Shown piece after piece: positions 1 through 8,962 of a stretch of 64,000 bases of DNA (its first letter is position 1; the number at the start of each line of letters is the position of its first letter). Under the pieces are notes generated by a model, which had not been told where the DNA came from, ran no database searches, and worked only from the letters and a program-made list of their open reading frames with translations. The position numbers and the translations under genes were made by a program. This DNA is from Candidatus Marinacidobacterales bacterium. GTDB lineage: Bacteria; Acidobacteriota; Vicinamibacteria; Marinacidobacterales; SMYC01. The stretch is taken from contig OZ250169.1 in assembly GCA_965237955.1 (NCBI GenBank), positions 2,496,001-2,560,000 of the forward strand, given 5' to 3'.

Positions 1-1
1 C

Positions 2-1378
2 GAGCTCTGTGCGCGGGGTGAAGCGCGCCGTGAGCCGGGCGGTTTCGCCGCGATCGTGGAGCGCACCACCGCCAACGATGTCGCGCTCTTGGCAACGACG
101 TCGGGCACTACGGGAGCGCCCAAGCTCGCGATGCTGACCCACGGAAATCTGTTGTCGATGGCAAGAAACCTGATGGCGGTCGATCCCCTGGAGCCTGGTG
201 ATGAGCTCGTCTCGTTTCTACCGCTCGCATGGGTCGGTGAGCAAATGATGGCGGTCTCGTCAGCTTTGACCGCGGGGTTCACCGTGAACTTCCCCGAGGA
301 GCCGGAGACGGTCACGGAAGATCTCCGTGAAATTGGACCGAGCGTTATGTTTGCACCCCCCCGCATTTGGGAAAGCCTGTTGTCCGAAGTTCAAATGAAG
401 CGAGAAGACGCATCGTGGCTCAAGCGTTGTGTGCTCGATTGGGCACTCGAGAAAAGCTCGACCAACGTCCTCGCCGAGCTAACGTGTCACTATTGGATCC
501 GCGACGCGCTCGGTTTGCGGCGACTCAAACGCGCGTACACCGGCGGCGCGGCCCTCGGTCCCGACACGTTACGCTTTTTTCGAAAACTCGGCGTGAACTT
601 GAAGCAGATCTACGGGCAAACGGAAGTGTCGGGCATCTCTGTCGTGCATTGCGACGGCGCCGTCAAACCGGAAACGATGGGCGAGCCGATCCCGGAGACC
701 GAGCTCAGGATTACCGATGACGGTGAGATCGTGACGAAAAGCCCGGCCGTGTTCACGGGCTATTACGGCAGGCCGGAGGAGACGCGCGCTGTGCTCGAGG
801 ATGGCTGGCTCCACTCCGGTGATGCCGGCTACTTCGACGCAGAGGGTCAACTCGTCGTCATCGACCGGGCGAGTGACGTGACCCACTTGGGGGACGGCAC
901 GCCGTTCAGCCCTCAGTTCGTCGAGAACAAGCTCAAATACAGCCCGTACGTGCGCGAGGCCGTCGTGTTTGGCGGTGAGGGTAAAGCGTTCGTGAGCGCA
1001 CTCGTGGTGATCGATTTCCAGAACGTGGGTAGCTGGGCCGAGAAGCGCCAGATCCCGTTCACGACGTTCACGGATCTATCGCAACAGGATGCCGTTCGCT
1101 CGCTTTTGACGGTTGAGGTGGAGCGGGTGTCCGAGACGCTGCCGCGTCCGATGCAGGTGCGGCGCTTTCTGCTCCTTCACAAGGAGCTCGACGCCGACGA
1201 CGCCGAGCTGACGCGAACGAGGAAAGTTCGCCGGCACACGGTGTCCGATCGCTATCGCGATCTCGTGAACGCACTTTACGGTGAAAACGAAACGGTGTCG
1301 GTTACGACCGAGATCACGTACCAAGACGGTCGTCGTGCCCAACTCGTGGTCGACGTTCCCATTGTGCGGCTTTTATGA
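2..1378 (+). CDS. Long-chain fatty acid--CoA ligase (AMP-binding), 5' partial
   Basis: TTSGTTGAPK P-loop, YGQTE and GWLHSGDAG motifs; frame is open from position 2, so the start lies outside the window. Confidence 0.9.
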   Translation, partial: ELCARGEARREPGGFAAIVERTTANDVALLATTSGTTGAPKLAMLTHGNLLSMARNLMAVDPLEPGDELVSFLPLAWVGEQMMAVSSALTAGFTVNFPEEPETVTEDLREIGPSVMFAPPRIWESLLSEVQMKREDASWLKRCVLDWALEKSSTNVLAELTCHYWIRDALGLRRLKRAYTGGAALGPDTLRFFRKLGVNLKQIYGQTEVSGISVVHCDGAVKPETMGEPIPETELRITDDGEIVTKSPAVFTGYYGRPEETRAVLEDGWLHSGDAGYFDAEGQLVVIDRASDVTHLGDGTPFSPQFVENKLKYSPYVREAVVFGGEGKAFVSALVVIDFQNVGSWAEKRQIPFTTFTDLSQQDAVRSLLTVEVERVSETLPRPMQVRRFLLLHKELDADDAELTRTRKVRRHTVSDRYRDLVNALYGENETVSVTTEITYQDGRRAQLVVDVPIVRLL

Positions 1379-2658
1379 ATCGAGGCATGACCCGAGGCAT
1401 AAAACGCGCCGGGAAGAAAACCGTCGCGGTCATCACCGCCGGGCATCTGTCGACGTGCCGGCGCATGCTCAAAGCGGCCGACGCGCTCGCAGAGGAAGGG
1501 CACGACGTGCACGTGGTGAGTACGCGTGCCACGCCGTGGGCGAGCGACGCTGACGAGACGGTTTTGAGGCGCCGTCGCGACCGATGGCAATGGAGCGTCG
1601 TCGACTACTCGAGACAAGGGGCGCCGTTCACCTACGTCACAAGCGGCGTGAAGCGGCGGCTCGCCGCGGGTGTTTCACGGTATTGCTCGACGATCCTGTT
1701 CGCGGTGGCAGCGAGGGCGCTCTTCCGCGTTCACGACGATGTGGTCCGCGCCGCGCTCGCGACCAAAGCCGATTTCTTCTATGGCGGTACAATAGGTGCG
1801 ATCGGGGCAACGTTCGAGGCCGCAGCGCGCGCGGGACGTGAGTACGCACTCGATCTGGAGGACTTCTACTCGGGCGACCACCCGCAAGACGCGAAGCTCA
1901 CGCGTCTCGTCGAGCGCGTCGAGACCGAGACCGTCGGAGGGGCGCGCTTTCTCACCGCGGCCAGCGACGGGATCGCGGACGCGTACCGCTCGAGCTACGG
2001 CGTCGAGTCGGTCGTCATCCACAACACCTTCCCGCTACCGTCGCGCGTTCCCCAAACCGCGCCTTCCGGCGGGGCGTTGAAGCTCTACTGGTTCAGTCAA
2101 ACGATCGGTCGCGGTCGTGGTCTCGAGGACGCCGTCGAAGCGCTGCGCCGTGCGGGCATTCCCGCTGAGCTTCACCTCCGTGGGAATGCCGATACGGATT
2201 TCGTCGCGGGACTCGAAGATTTCGTTTCCAAAGACGCTCCCAAGCTTCGTCTCGTCGTGCACCCTCCGGCGCCACCGGACGAGATGGTGGCGCTTCTCGC
2301 CGATTTCGACGTTGGACTCGCGATCGAACAAGGAGCGAGCGTCAACCGGGAAATTTGTCTCACCAACAAAGCCTTGACCTACATCCTCGGCGGATTAGCT
2401 CTGGTGATGACGGAAACGGCCGGACATCGACCGCTCATCGAGGCATTGGGCGAAGCATCGATCCACTACGCTCCCGGCGACGTCGATACTCTGGCTTCCG
2501 GCCTGACGCGTTTGGCGGACGAGCGGAGTTTTCTCGAGCGGTGCCGTCACGCTTCCTGGGAAGCGGCGGATCGCCGATGGCATTGGGAGCATACCGAGGA
2601 GCGCGGCCGCCTCGTTCGGCTGTTCGCCTTCGAAGCCTTCGAGGCCTTCGAGGAATGA
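1375..2658 (+). CDS. Glycosyltransferase (GT-B/GT4-like)
   Basis: DALAEEGHDVHVV N-terminus; DVGLAIE...NKALTYILGGL and YAPGDVDTLA GT-B C-terminal motifs; ATGA overlap with upstream gene. Confidence 0.75.
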   Translation: MNRGMTRGIKRAGKKTVAVITAGHLSTCRRMLKAADALAEEGHDVHVVSTRATPWASDADETVLRRRRDRWQWSVVDYSRQGAPFTYVTSGVKRRLAAGVSRYCSTILFAVAARALFRVHDDVVRAALATKADFFYGGTIGAIGATFEAAARAGREYALDLEDFYSGDHPQDAKLTRLVERVETETVGGARFLTAASDGIADAYRSSYGVESVVIHNTFPLPSRVPQTAPSGGALKLYWFSQTIGRGRGLEDAVEALRRAGIPAELHLRGNADTDFVAGLEDFVSKDAPKLRLVVHPPAPPDEMVALLADFDVGLAIEQGASVNREICLTNKALTYILGGLALVMTETAGHRPLIEALGEASIHYAPGDVDTLASGLTRLADERSFLERCRHASWEAADRRWHWEHTEERGRLVRLFAFEAFEAFEE

Positions 2659-2661
2659 CGC

Positions 2662-3490
2662 GTGGACGTCTTTTGGCAGCTCACCACGACCTGTCTTGCG
2701 AACGGGATGATCTATGCCCTCGTCGCCATCGGCTTCGTCATTATTTATAAGGCATCCGACGTCATCAACTTTGCTCAAGGGCCGCTCCTGCTGGCGGGGG
2801 CGTATCTCGGCTACACGTTCCTGTCGCTCGACCTCCATCCCGCGCTTGCACTCGCGCTCACGCTGGTTTCGTGCGCGCTCATCGGCGTTTTCATCGCTCT
2901 CGTAGTGCTGCGCCCGCTCATCGGAGAAGCGGTCATTTCCATGGTCATGGCGACCGTCGCGCTGTCGAGTCTCCTCCACGCCATCGTTCAAGGCGTTTGG
3001 GGTGCCCGTCCCAGGAGCTTTCCGTTGAGCATGGGTTTCACACACCTTGTCGCCATTGCTTCGGTGACGTTCTTGTTGGTCGGATGGTTCTTCCGGCGAA
3101 GCCGCGAAGGGCTTGCAATGCGCGCGGTAGCCGATGATCAGCAGGCCGCCATGAGCGTCGGAGTGAGCCTTCACGAGAACTCTGGCAATTGCTTGGGCGC
3201 TGGCCTCCGCCACCGCCGGTCTCGGCGGCGCGTTGCTCGCGAGCATGGTCGGTGTGAGTCAGGATGTTGCCGTAATAGGTCTCCGCGTGTTCCCGGTGGT
3301 CATTCTCGGCGGGCTCGACTCCGTGGTCGGCGCGATTGTCGGAGGCGCGGTCATCGGGTTGTTGGAAGCCTACACCGGAGGCTACGTCGGCTCCGGGCTC
3401 CAACGCGTCGTTCCGTTCGTGGTGCTGATCGCGATCCTGATGGTACGGCCCTATGGGCTGTTCGGCAAAAAGCGCATGGAAAGAGTCTAG
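2662..3490 (+). pseudogene. livH: LivH-like ABC permease, frameshifted (extra base near 3170)
   Basis: GMIYALVAIGF..INFAQG and AMRAVADDQQAA in one frame; IAWALA..VILGGLDS..RPYGLFG continues in the next frame; could be a sequencing error. Confidence 0.8.
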
Positions 3491-3493
3491 GCG

Positions 3494-4537
3494 GTGCGCT
3501 CCGGCGTTTTCCATACGAGTTACGCTGCGGATATGGCATTCACGCGCTCACCGCTCGCGCGGGCGCGGTTGGCGCTTTTCGCCTCGTGTGTCGTCGTCCT
3601 TCCTTTCGTCGTGTCGTCGTACTGGTTATCGCTTGCGAATCAAATTGCGATCGCGACGGTCGGCGCCATCGGCCTCAATATTCTCGTTGGTTACACGGGA
3701 CAGATCTCGTTGGGACAGGGAGCGTTCATGGCGGTGGGTGCCTATGCGAGCGGTCTCACGACTATCGCTTGGGGACTTCCGTTTTGGATCAGTATTCCGC
3801 TGGCGAGCTTGTTCACCGCGGCAATAGGAGTGTTTTTCGGACTTACCTCGCTTCGGTTGAAAGGACTCTATCTCGCGATCGCAACGCTCGCCGCGCAGCA
3901 GATCGTCGAGTGGATCGTGACTCACTGGACGGGCTTGACCGGCGGCACGGAAGCGCTCGTCGTTCCCGCGCCTACGCTTTTCGGCGCGCGCAGCAACACC
4001 GATTTTGGATTCTATTGGGTCGCCGTTGTCGCCGCGTCGGCCACCGCTCTCGTCACCGCGAACTTGTTTCGAAGCCGCACCGGCCGCGCGTTTCTGGCGA
4101 TCCGCGATCAGGACGTCGCCGCGTCGGCAACCGGCGTGAATGTCTTTCGCTACAAGCTGACCGCGTTCGCGGTGTCATCGTTTTTCGTCGGCATGGCCGG
4201 AGCGCTCATCGCGCACTACCGAACCATTGTGACGTGGGAGCGGTTCACGCTCGAAGTGAGCATCCTATATCTCGCCATGATCATCATCGGCGGCCTCGGG
4301 AGCATCGTCGGTTCATTCCTCGGTGCAACGGTAATGACGCTCTTACCGGCGCTCATCGCGACGTTCGGAAGAAGCTTGCAGACGAGCATCCCGCGGGTCG
4401 CGGAGCTCTTACCGGCCGCACAAGAAGCCGTGTTCGGCTTGGTGGTGCTGCTCGTCCTCATCTTCGAGCACAAAGGCCTCGCTAAAATGTGGTCGAGCAT
4501 GAAGACGTATTTCAGGCTGTGGCCTTTCTCATATTAG
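3494..4537 (+). CDS. livM: LivM-like ABC permease
   Basis: GLNILVGYTGQISLGQGAF, LRLKGLYLAIATLA and IIGGLGSIVG motifs. Confidence 0.9.
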   Translation: MRSGVFHTSYAADMAFTRSPLARARLALFASCVVVLPFVVSSYWLSLANQIAIATVGAIGLNILVGYTGQISLGQGAFMAVGAYASGLTTIAWGLPFWISIPLASLFTAAIGVFFGLTSLRLKGLYLAIATLAAQQIVEWIVTHWTGLTGGTEALVVPAPTLFGARSNTDFGFYWVAVVAASATALVTANLFRSRTGRAFLAIRDQDVAASATGVNVFRYKLTAFAVSSFFVGMAGALIAHYRTIVTWERFTLEVSILYLAMIIIGGLGSIVGSFLGATVMTLLPALIATFGRSLQTSIPRVAELLPAAQEAVFGLVVLLVLIFEHKGLAKMWSSMKTYFRLWPFSY

Positions 4538-4569
4538 ATGCGCCAACGAAGTTGGCGCCATCCACTAAT

Positions 4570-4645
4570 CCCTCTGCCCTCCTCCCGCCTTCGCTAGTAG
4601 CCTTCGGCGGAGGCGGAAGGGAGAGGGCCTGGGTGAGGGGGGCCA
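4570..4645. repeat. REP-like GC-rich palindromic repeat
   Basis: CCCTCT..CCCTCC..CCGCCTTCGC / GCGGAGGCGGAAGGGAGAGGG..GGGTGAGGG nested inverted repeat; similar motif at 17197-17292. Confidence 0.55.
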
Positions 4646-4710
4646 CATAAAGCTCGAGTTCTCCAATCACCCCTACTATCGATTCCTGCACTACAATCAC
4701 CATTCTCAAT

Positions 4711-5889
4711 ATGCGACCAATCTGGATGCCCGCCCTCCTCGTCATCCAACTCGTCGCGTGCAGCGGAGCGCGCGATTCCAACGAAAACGTCATCCTCGTC
4801 GGCGCCATCTTCGCCCTAACCGGCCCAACGGCCGACGTCGGGACGCTCTATGCCGAAGGCGTGCGCGACTACGTCGCGTGGGTGAATGAGCGAGGCGGCA
4901 TCGCGGGAAGGCCCCTCGAGCTGTTGTTCCAGGACTACGGCTACCGCGTCGATCGCGCCGAGCAGCTCTACAGCGAGTTCGTGGGAGAAGGGGTCGTCGC
5001 GTTCATGGGTTGGGGAACGGGAGACACGGAGGCGCTCCGCGGCCGGATCTCGGAAGACCAGGTACCGTTCATGTCCGCCTCGTATTCTCACGTACTCGGT
5101 GATCCGAAGGAGGCGCCGTACAATTTCCTTGTGGGCACGACCTATAGCGATCAGTTTCTGATCGTGTGCGACTGGATTCTCGAGAACCATCCGGAAGGCA
5201 CAACCCCCAAGGTCGCGTTGCTCCACCACGCTTCTCCTTTCGGGCTTTCTCCGTACCGCCAGCTCGGCCGCGACTACGCGGCGGAGAAAGGCATCGAATT
5301 GCTCGCCCAGGAGATGCCGCGCGGCAGCACCGACTACTCGTCCGAGCTCACCCGGGTTCGCGAGTGGGGAGCCGACTACGTCGTGTTTCAGAACACGTCG
5401 GGGCCCGTTTCCGTCGCTCTCAAAAACGCCGACGCCTTGGGACTGTCGTTGACGTTTGCTTGTCTCAACTGGTGCACCAACGAGCTCCTCGTGGAGCTCG
5501 CGGGCCCCGCGGCGGAGGGCATGCTGGGCGCCATGCCGTTCGCGCCTCCGTCGGAGAATGTCCGTGGCCTGGATGCCGCGCGCGCCTATCTGGAACAGCG
5601 CGGAGGCGGTCGTCTCGAAGACAAAGGCGTTCCCTACGCTCAGGGCTGGTCGACGATGTCGGTGATGGCAGAAGGGATCCGGCGCGTCGTCGAAAGCGGT
5701 GAGCCTCTCACCGGGGCCAACGTCAAGGCCGCGCTCGAAGGGCTTCGTGAGCTCGACACCGGCGGTGTGACGTACCCGATCACGTTCAGCGCGGGCGATC
5801 ATCGTGGCGCGAAGGGGATGCGGCTCTTCCGCGTCGCGGAAGGCTCGTGGGTGCCGTTGACGGAGTTTCGCCATGCTCCTGCTCAATAG
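4711..5889 (+). CDS. LivK-type ABC substrate-binding (lipo)protein
   Basis: Lipobox LVAC; LTGPTADVG and VNERGGIAGRPLEL motifs; operon context. Confidence 0.9.
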   Translation: MRPIWMPALLVIQLVACSGARDSNENVILVGAIFALTGPTADVGTLYAEGVRDYVAWVNERGGIAGRPLELLFQDYGYRVDRAEQLYSEFVGEGVVAFMGWGTGDTEALRGRISEDQVPFMSASYSHVLGDPKEAPYNFLVGTTYSDQFLIVCDWILENHPEGTTPKVALLHHASPFGLSPYRQLGRDYAAEKGIELLAQEMPRGSTDYSSELTRVREWGADYVVFQNTSGPVSVALKNADALGLSLTFACLNWCTNELLVELAGPAAEGMLGAMPFAPPSENVRGLDAARAYLEQRGGGRLEDKGVPYAQGWSTMSVMAEGIRRVVESGEPLTGANVKAALEGLRELDTGGVTYPITFSAGDHRGAKGMRLFRVAEGSWVPLTEFRHAPAQ

Positions 5890-6670
5890 CGTCGAAGTCG
5901 TCTACGACGATGTCGTGCTCGTCCTCAGGGGATTGTCGCTTTCCGTTTCGAGCGGCAACATCGTTTGTCTGCTCGGCCCGAACGGGACCGGCAAGTCGAC
6001 GACGTTGAAAGCGATCTCCGGTCTTCTCGGACCCGAGGACGGCGCGGTGACGGACGGCACTATCGAGCTCGACGGTGAGCCGATCGAAGGCCTGTCGCCT
6101 CATGAAGTCGTCGAGCGAGGCGTCTCCCAAGTCATGGAAGGCCGCCGTGTCTTCGAGCATCTCAGTGTCGAGGAGAACTTGCGCATCGGGTCATACTCTC
6201 GTGGCACTCGTGGCACCCGTGCCAACGCGGACGTGGATCGTATTTACGAAACGTTCCCCCGGCTTCGCGAGCACCGCCATCGTCTTTCCGGATTCCTGTC
6301 CGGAGGCGAGCAACAGATGCTCGCGATCGGAAGAGCTCTCATGTCCGAGCCGAGGCTGTTGCTTCTCGACGAGCCGTCGCTCGGGCTCGCGCCGCGCATC
6401 GTCGAAGAGATCTTCGACACGTTGCGGCGTGTCAACGCGGACGAAGGCACGACGATGCTGCTGGTAGAGCAAAACGCGGCGCGAGCGCTCGATATCGCGC
6501 ACTACGGCTACGTCATGGAGAACGGGCGGGTGGTCCTCGAAGGGAGTCCGGAGGAGCTTCGAGACAACGCCGACGTCAAGGAGTTTTATCTCGGGGTGTC
6601 CGATCTCGGTGAGCGGAAGTCGTATCGGGACGTGAAGCGCTATCGGCGGCGGAAACGTTGGCTGTCGTGA
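5873..6670 (+). CDS. livF: LivF-like ABC ATP-binding protein
   Basis: Walker A GPNGTGKST, LSGGEQQMLA signature, LLLDEPSLGLAP. Confidence 0.92.
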   Translation: MLLLNSVEVVYDDVVLVLRGLSLSVSSGNIVCLLGPNGTGKSTTLKAISGLLGPEDGAVTDGTIELDGEPIEGLSPHEVVERGVSQVMEGRRVFEHLSVEENLRIGSYSRGTRGTRANADVDRIYETFPRLREHRHRLSGFLSGGEQQMLAIGRALMSEPRLLLLDEPSLGLAPRIVEEIFDTLRRVNADEGTTMLLVEQNAARALDIAHYGYVMENGRVVLEGSPEELRDNADVKEFYLGVSDLGERKSYRDVKRYRRRKRWLS

Positions 6671-7884
6671 CCGATCCCTACTTACCCGAGATCGAGTGCG
6701 CGTCCGCGGAGGCGTGGCGCGACTACCAGGACGAGCTCGTGCGCACCATCGTCACCCGGGCCTATGAGTGTACTCGCGAGTTCCCCGAGCGGCTCGACCG
6801 TGTGGGCGTTTCGCTGGTTGAGATGAAGGGCGTCTCCGATTTGGCGCGCGTGCCGGTGCTCTCGAAAGAAGACCTGCCCGACCTGCAAGAGAGGTCGCCA
6901 CCGTTCGGCGGTCTCCTCGCCGGTGATGTCAGCGATCTGAAACGCATCTTCGTTTCGCCCGGACCGATCCTCGACCCGGAAGGCGAAGGCCCGGATTTCT
7001 GGGGATGGGCACCGGCGCTCTGGGCGTGCGGCTATCGTTCGGCCGATCGCGTCTACAACACGTTCTCGTACCACCTGACTCCGGCGGGGGCGATGATGGA
7101 AGAGGGACTGCGCGTGATCGGTTGCACCGTCGTGCCCGGCGGGGTGGGTAACACCGATGCGCAGGTCGAGCTTCTCTCGTTGTCGTCGAGCACGGGCTAT
7201 TGCGGCACGCCGCAGTTTCTGTGGACGCTCCTCGAGCGAGCGCGCACGAAGGGGGTCGACGTTTCGTTGAAGCGAGCTTTCGTCAGCGGCGCGCCGTTGT
7301 CCACGACGCTTCGCGACGAGCTAGCGCGGGAGTTCGGCGTGTCCGTCTTCCAGGGCTACGGCACCGCCGACGTCGGCGCGATCGCGTACGAGTGCGAGCA
7401 TGCGTGTGGTTGGCACGTCGCACCGGGGCGGGTCGTGGAGGTTCTCGAGCCCGGCACTGGTGAGATTGTGGTGAGCGTGGACAACGAAGTTTATCCGCTC
7501 GTGCGTTTCGGGACCGGCGACGTTTCCTCGTTCGAGCGCGCACCGTGTGCGTGCGGGAGAACGACACCACGGTTGATGGGCTTTCAAGGACGTGTGGGCG
7601 AGGGTGTCAAAGTGCGCGGCATGTTCGTCCATCCCCGGCAGATCGCTCGCGCGCTCGGCGCACTCTACGCGGAGGTTCCTCGGTTTCAGGCAGTTGTTAA
7701 GTTCGAGGAGCGCGGCACTGATATCGACGCGATCGTCGTGCGCGTCGAGGCGGGGGGTGATCCGTCGGAGGTAGCCGAGCGTTTAAAAGAAGAGCTCAAG
7801 CTGCGCGTGGAGGTCGAGCTGGTGACGCCGGGCACGCTCGCGCGCAACGCGCCTCGTATTCGCGACGATAGGACGTGGGCCTGA
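6667..7884 (+). CDS. Phenylacetate--CoA ligase family protein
   Basis: FVSPGPI, YNTFSYHLTPAG, YGTADVG, RFGTGD, KVRGMFVHP motifs; GTGA overlap with livF. Confidence 0.85.
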   Translation: MTDPYLPEIECASAEAWRDYQDELVRTIVTRAYECTREFPERLDRVGVSLVEMKGVSDLARVPVLSKEDLPDLQERSPPFGGLLAGDVSDLKRIFVSPGPILDPEGEGPDFWGWAPALWACGYRSADRVYNTFSYHLTPAGAMMEEGLRVIGCTVVPGGVGNTDAQVELLSLSSSTGYCGTPQFLWTLLERARTKGVDVSLKRAFVSGAPLSTTLRDELAREFGVSVFQGYGTADVGAIAYECEHACGWHVAPGRVVEVLEPGTGEIVVSVDNEVYPLVRFGTGDVSSFERAPCACGRTTPRLMGFQGRVGEGVKVRGMFVHPRQIARALGALYAEVPRFQAVVKFEERGTDIDAIVVRVEAGGDPSEVAERLKEELKLRVEVELVTPGTLARNAPRIRDDRTWA

Positions 7885-8820
7885 CTAACGAAACAACAAC
7901 GCGATGAACGTGACATAGCCGCATAGAAGAAAAACGCCTTCCCATCGAATCAGTCGTTTTCCGGTGTAGAGAAAGAAAGCTGTCACGAGAGTGAACCCGA
8001 TCAAAGCGGGAAACTCGAAGCGTAACAGCGCGGCGTCAATGTTGATGGGCTGAATGAGGGCCGACAGGCCGAGTGCGCCGAGGATGTTGAAGACGTTGCT
8101 CCCTATTATGGTGCCGACGACGAGGTCGGCCTGCCGTCTCATGCCGGCCACGACGGATGTCGCTAGCTCGGGAAGAGACGTGCCGACGGCCACGAGCGTC
8201 ACCCCGATGACGAACTCGGAAAGGCCGATCGCGCGCGCGATCGAGACCGCACCGGCCACGAGAAGCTGAGCGCCCCCGAGAAGAAGGCCGAGCCCTATTA
8301 TCGTCAGCATCGAGCTACGCGCGAGACTGTCTTTTCGCGGCGCCGTCTCGGATGAGCCGTCGGCGTCGGCGCGCGCCCAGCGCAGCGACAAGATGTTGAA
8401 CACGACGATGAGACCGATGAAGACGAGGCCGACCCCCCGTCCGATCTCGAGGCGAAGCGCGATGAACCCGAGAAGGAGCGTGACCCCCACCATGAACGGA
8501 AGCGCGCGCCGCAGGACCGTGGGTGCGATGGCGAGAGGCGTGAAGATCGCCGCGGCACCCAAGATGAGACCAAGGTTCGCGACGTTACTGCCCAAGACGT
8601 TTCCAACCGTCATCTCCGGGTAACCGGTGGCGGCGGCCACGAGGCTCGCGACGATTTCAGGCGCCGACGTTCCGTAGGCCACCACTGTCAGGCCGACTGC
8701 GAGTGGGCTTATCCCGAATTGCGCCGCGAGGCGGGAGGCGCCACGCACGAGCCAATCGGCACCGAGAGTCAAAGCGACGAGACCGATGAGAGAAACAACG
8801 GTTGCGGTGGCGAAGCTCAA
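7885..8820 (-). CDS. Calcium/sodium antiporter (YrbG/CaCA family)
   Basis: Two alpha repeats GTSAPE and GTSLPE with GSNVAN/GSNVFN; TTG start at 8820 inferred from a -10 TATCAT just upstream. Confidence 0.9.
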   Translation of the reverse strand: MSFATATVVSLIGLVALTLGADWLVRGASRLAAQFGISPLAVGLTVVAYGTSAPEIVASLVAAATGYPEMTVGNVLGSNVANLGLILGAAAIFTPLAIAPTVLRRALPFMVGVTLLLGFIALRLEIGRGVGLVFIGLIVVFNILSLRWARADADGSSETAPRKDSLARSSMLTIIGLGLLLGGAQLLVAGAVSIARAIGLSEFVIGVTLVAVGTSLPELATSVVAGMRRQADLVVGTIIGSNVFNILGALGLSALIQPINIDAALLRFEFPALIGFTLVTAFFLYTGKRLIRWEGVFLLCGYVTFIALLFR

Positions 8821-8962
8821 ACGGCCGTCATGATAGCAGACGAAACCGCCGTAACCCGTGGCGGCATCCAGAGTGTCCCAACCCGGGAGCGGGCCGTCCG
8901 GCCCGCACCCCTGGCCACCGGCCACCGCCACGGGGAGAAGCGATCCACTTCTCCCTAATTAG

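Noticed and set aside
2662-4485. 607-aa ORF as a novel fusion protein
   Set aside because: Artefact of the livH frameshift; the tail is an off-frame reading of livH/livM.
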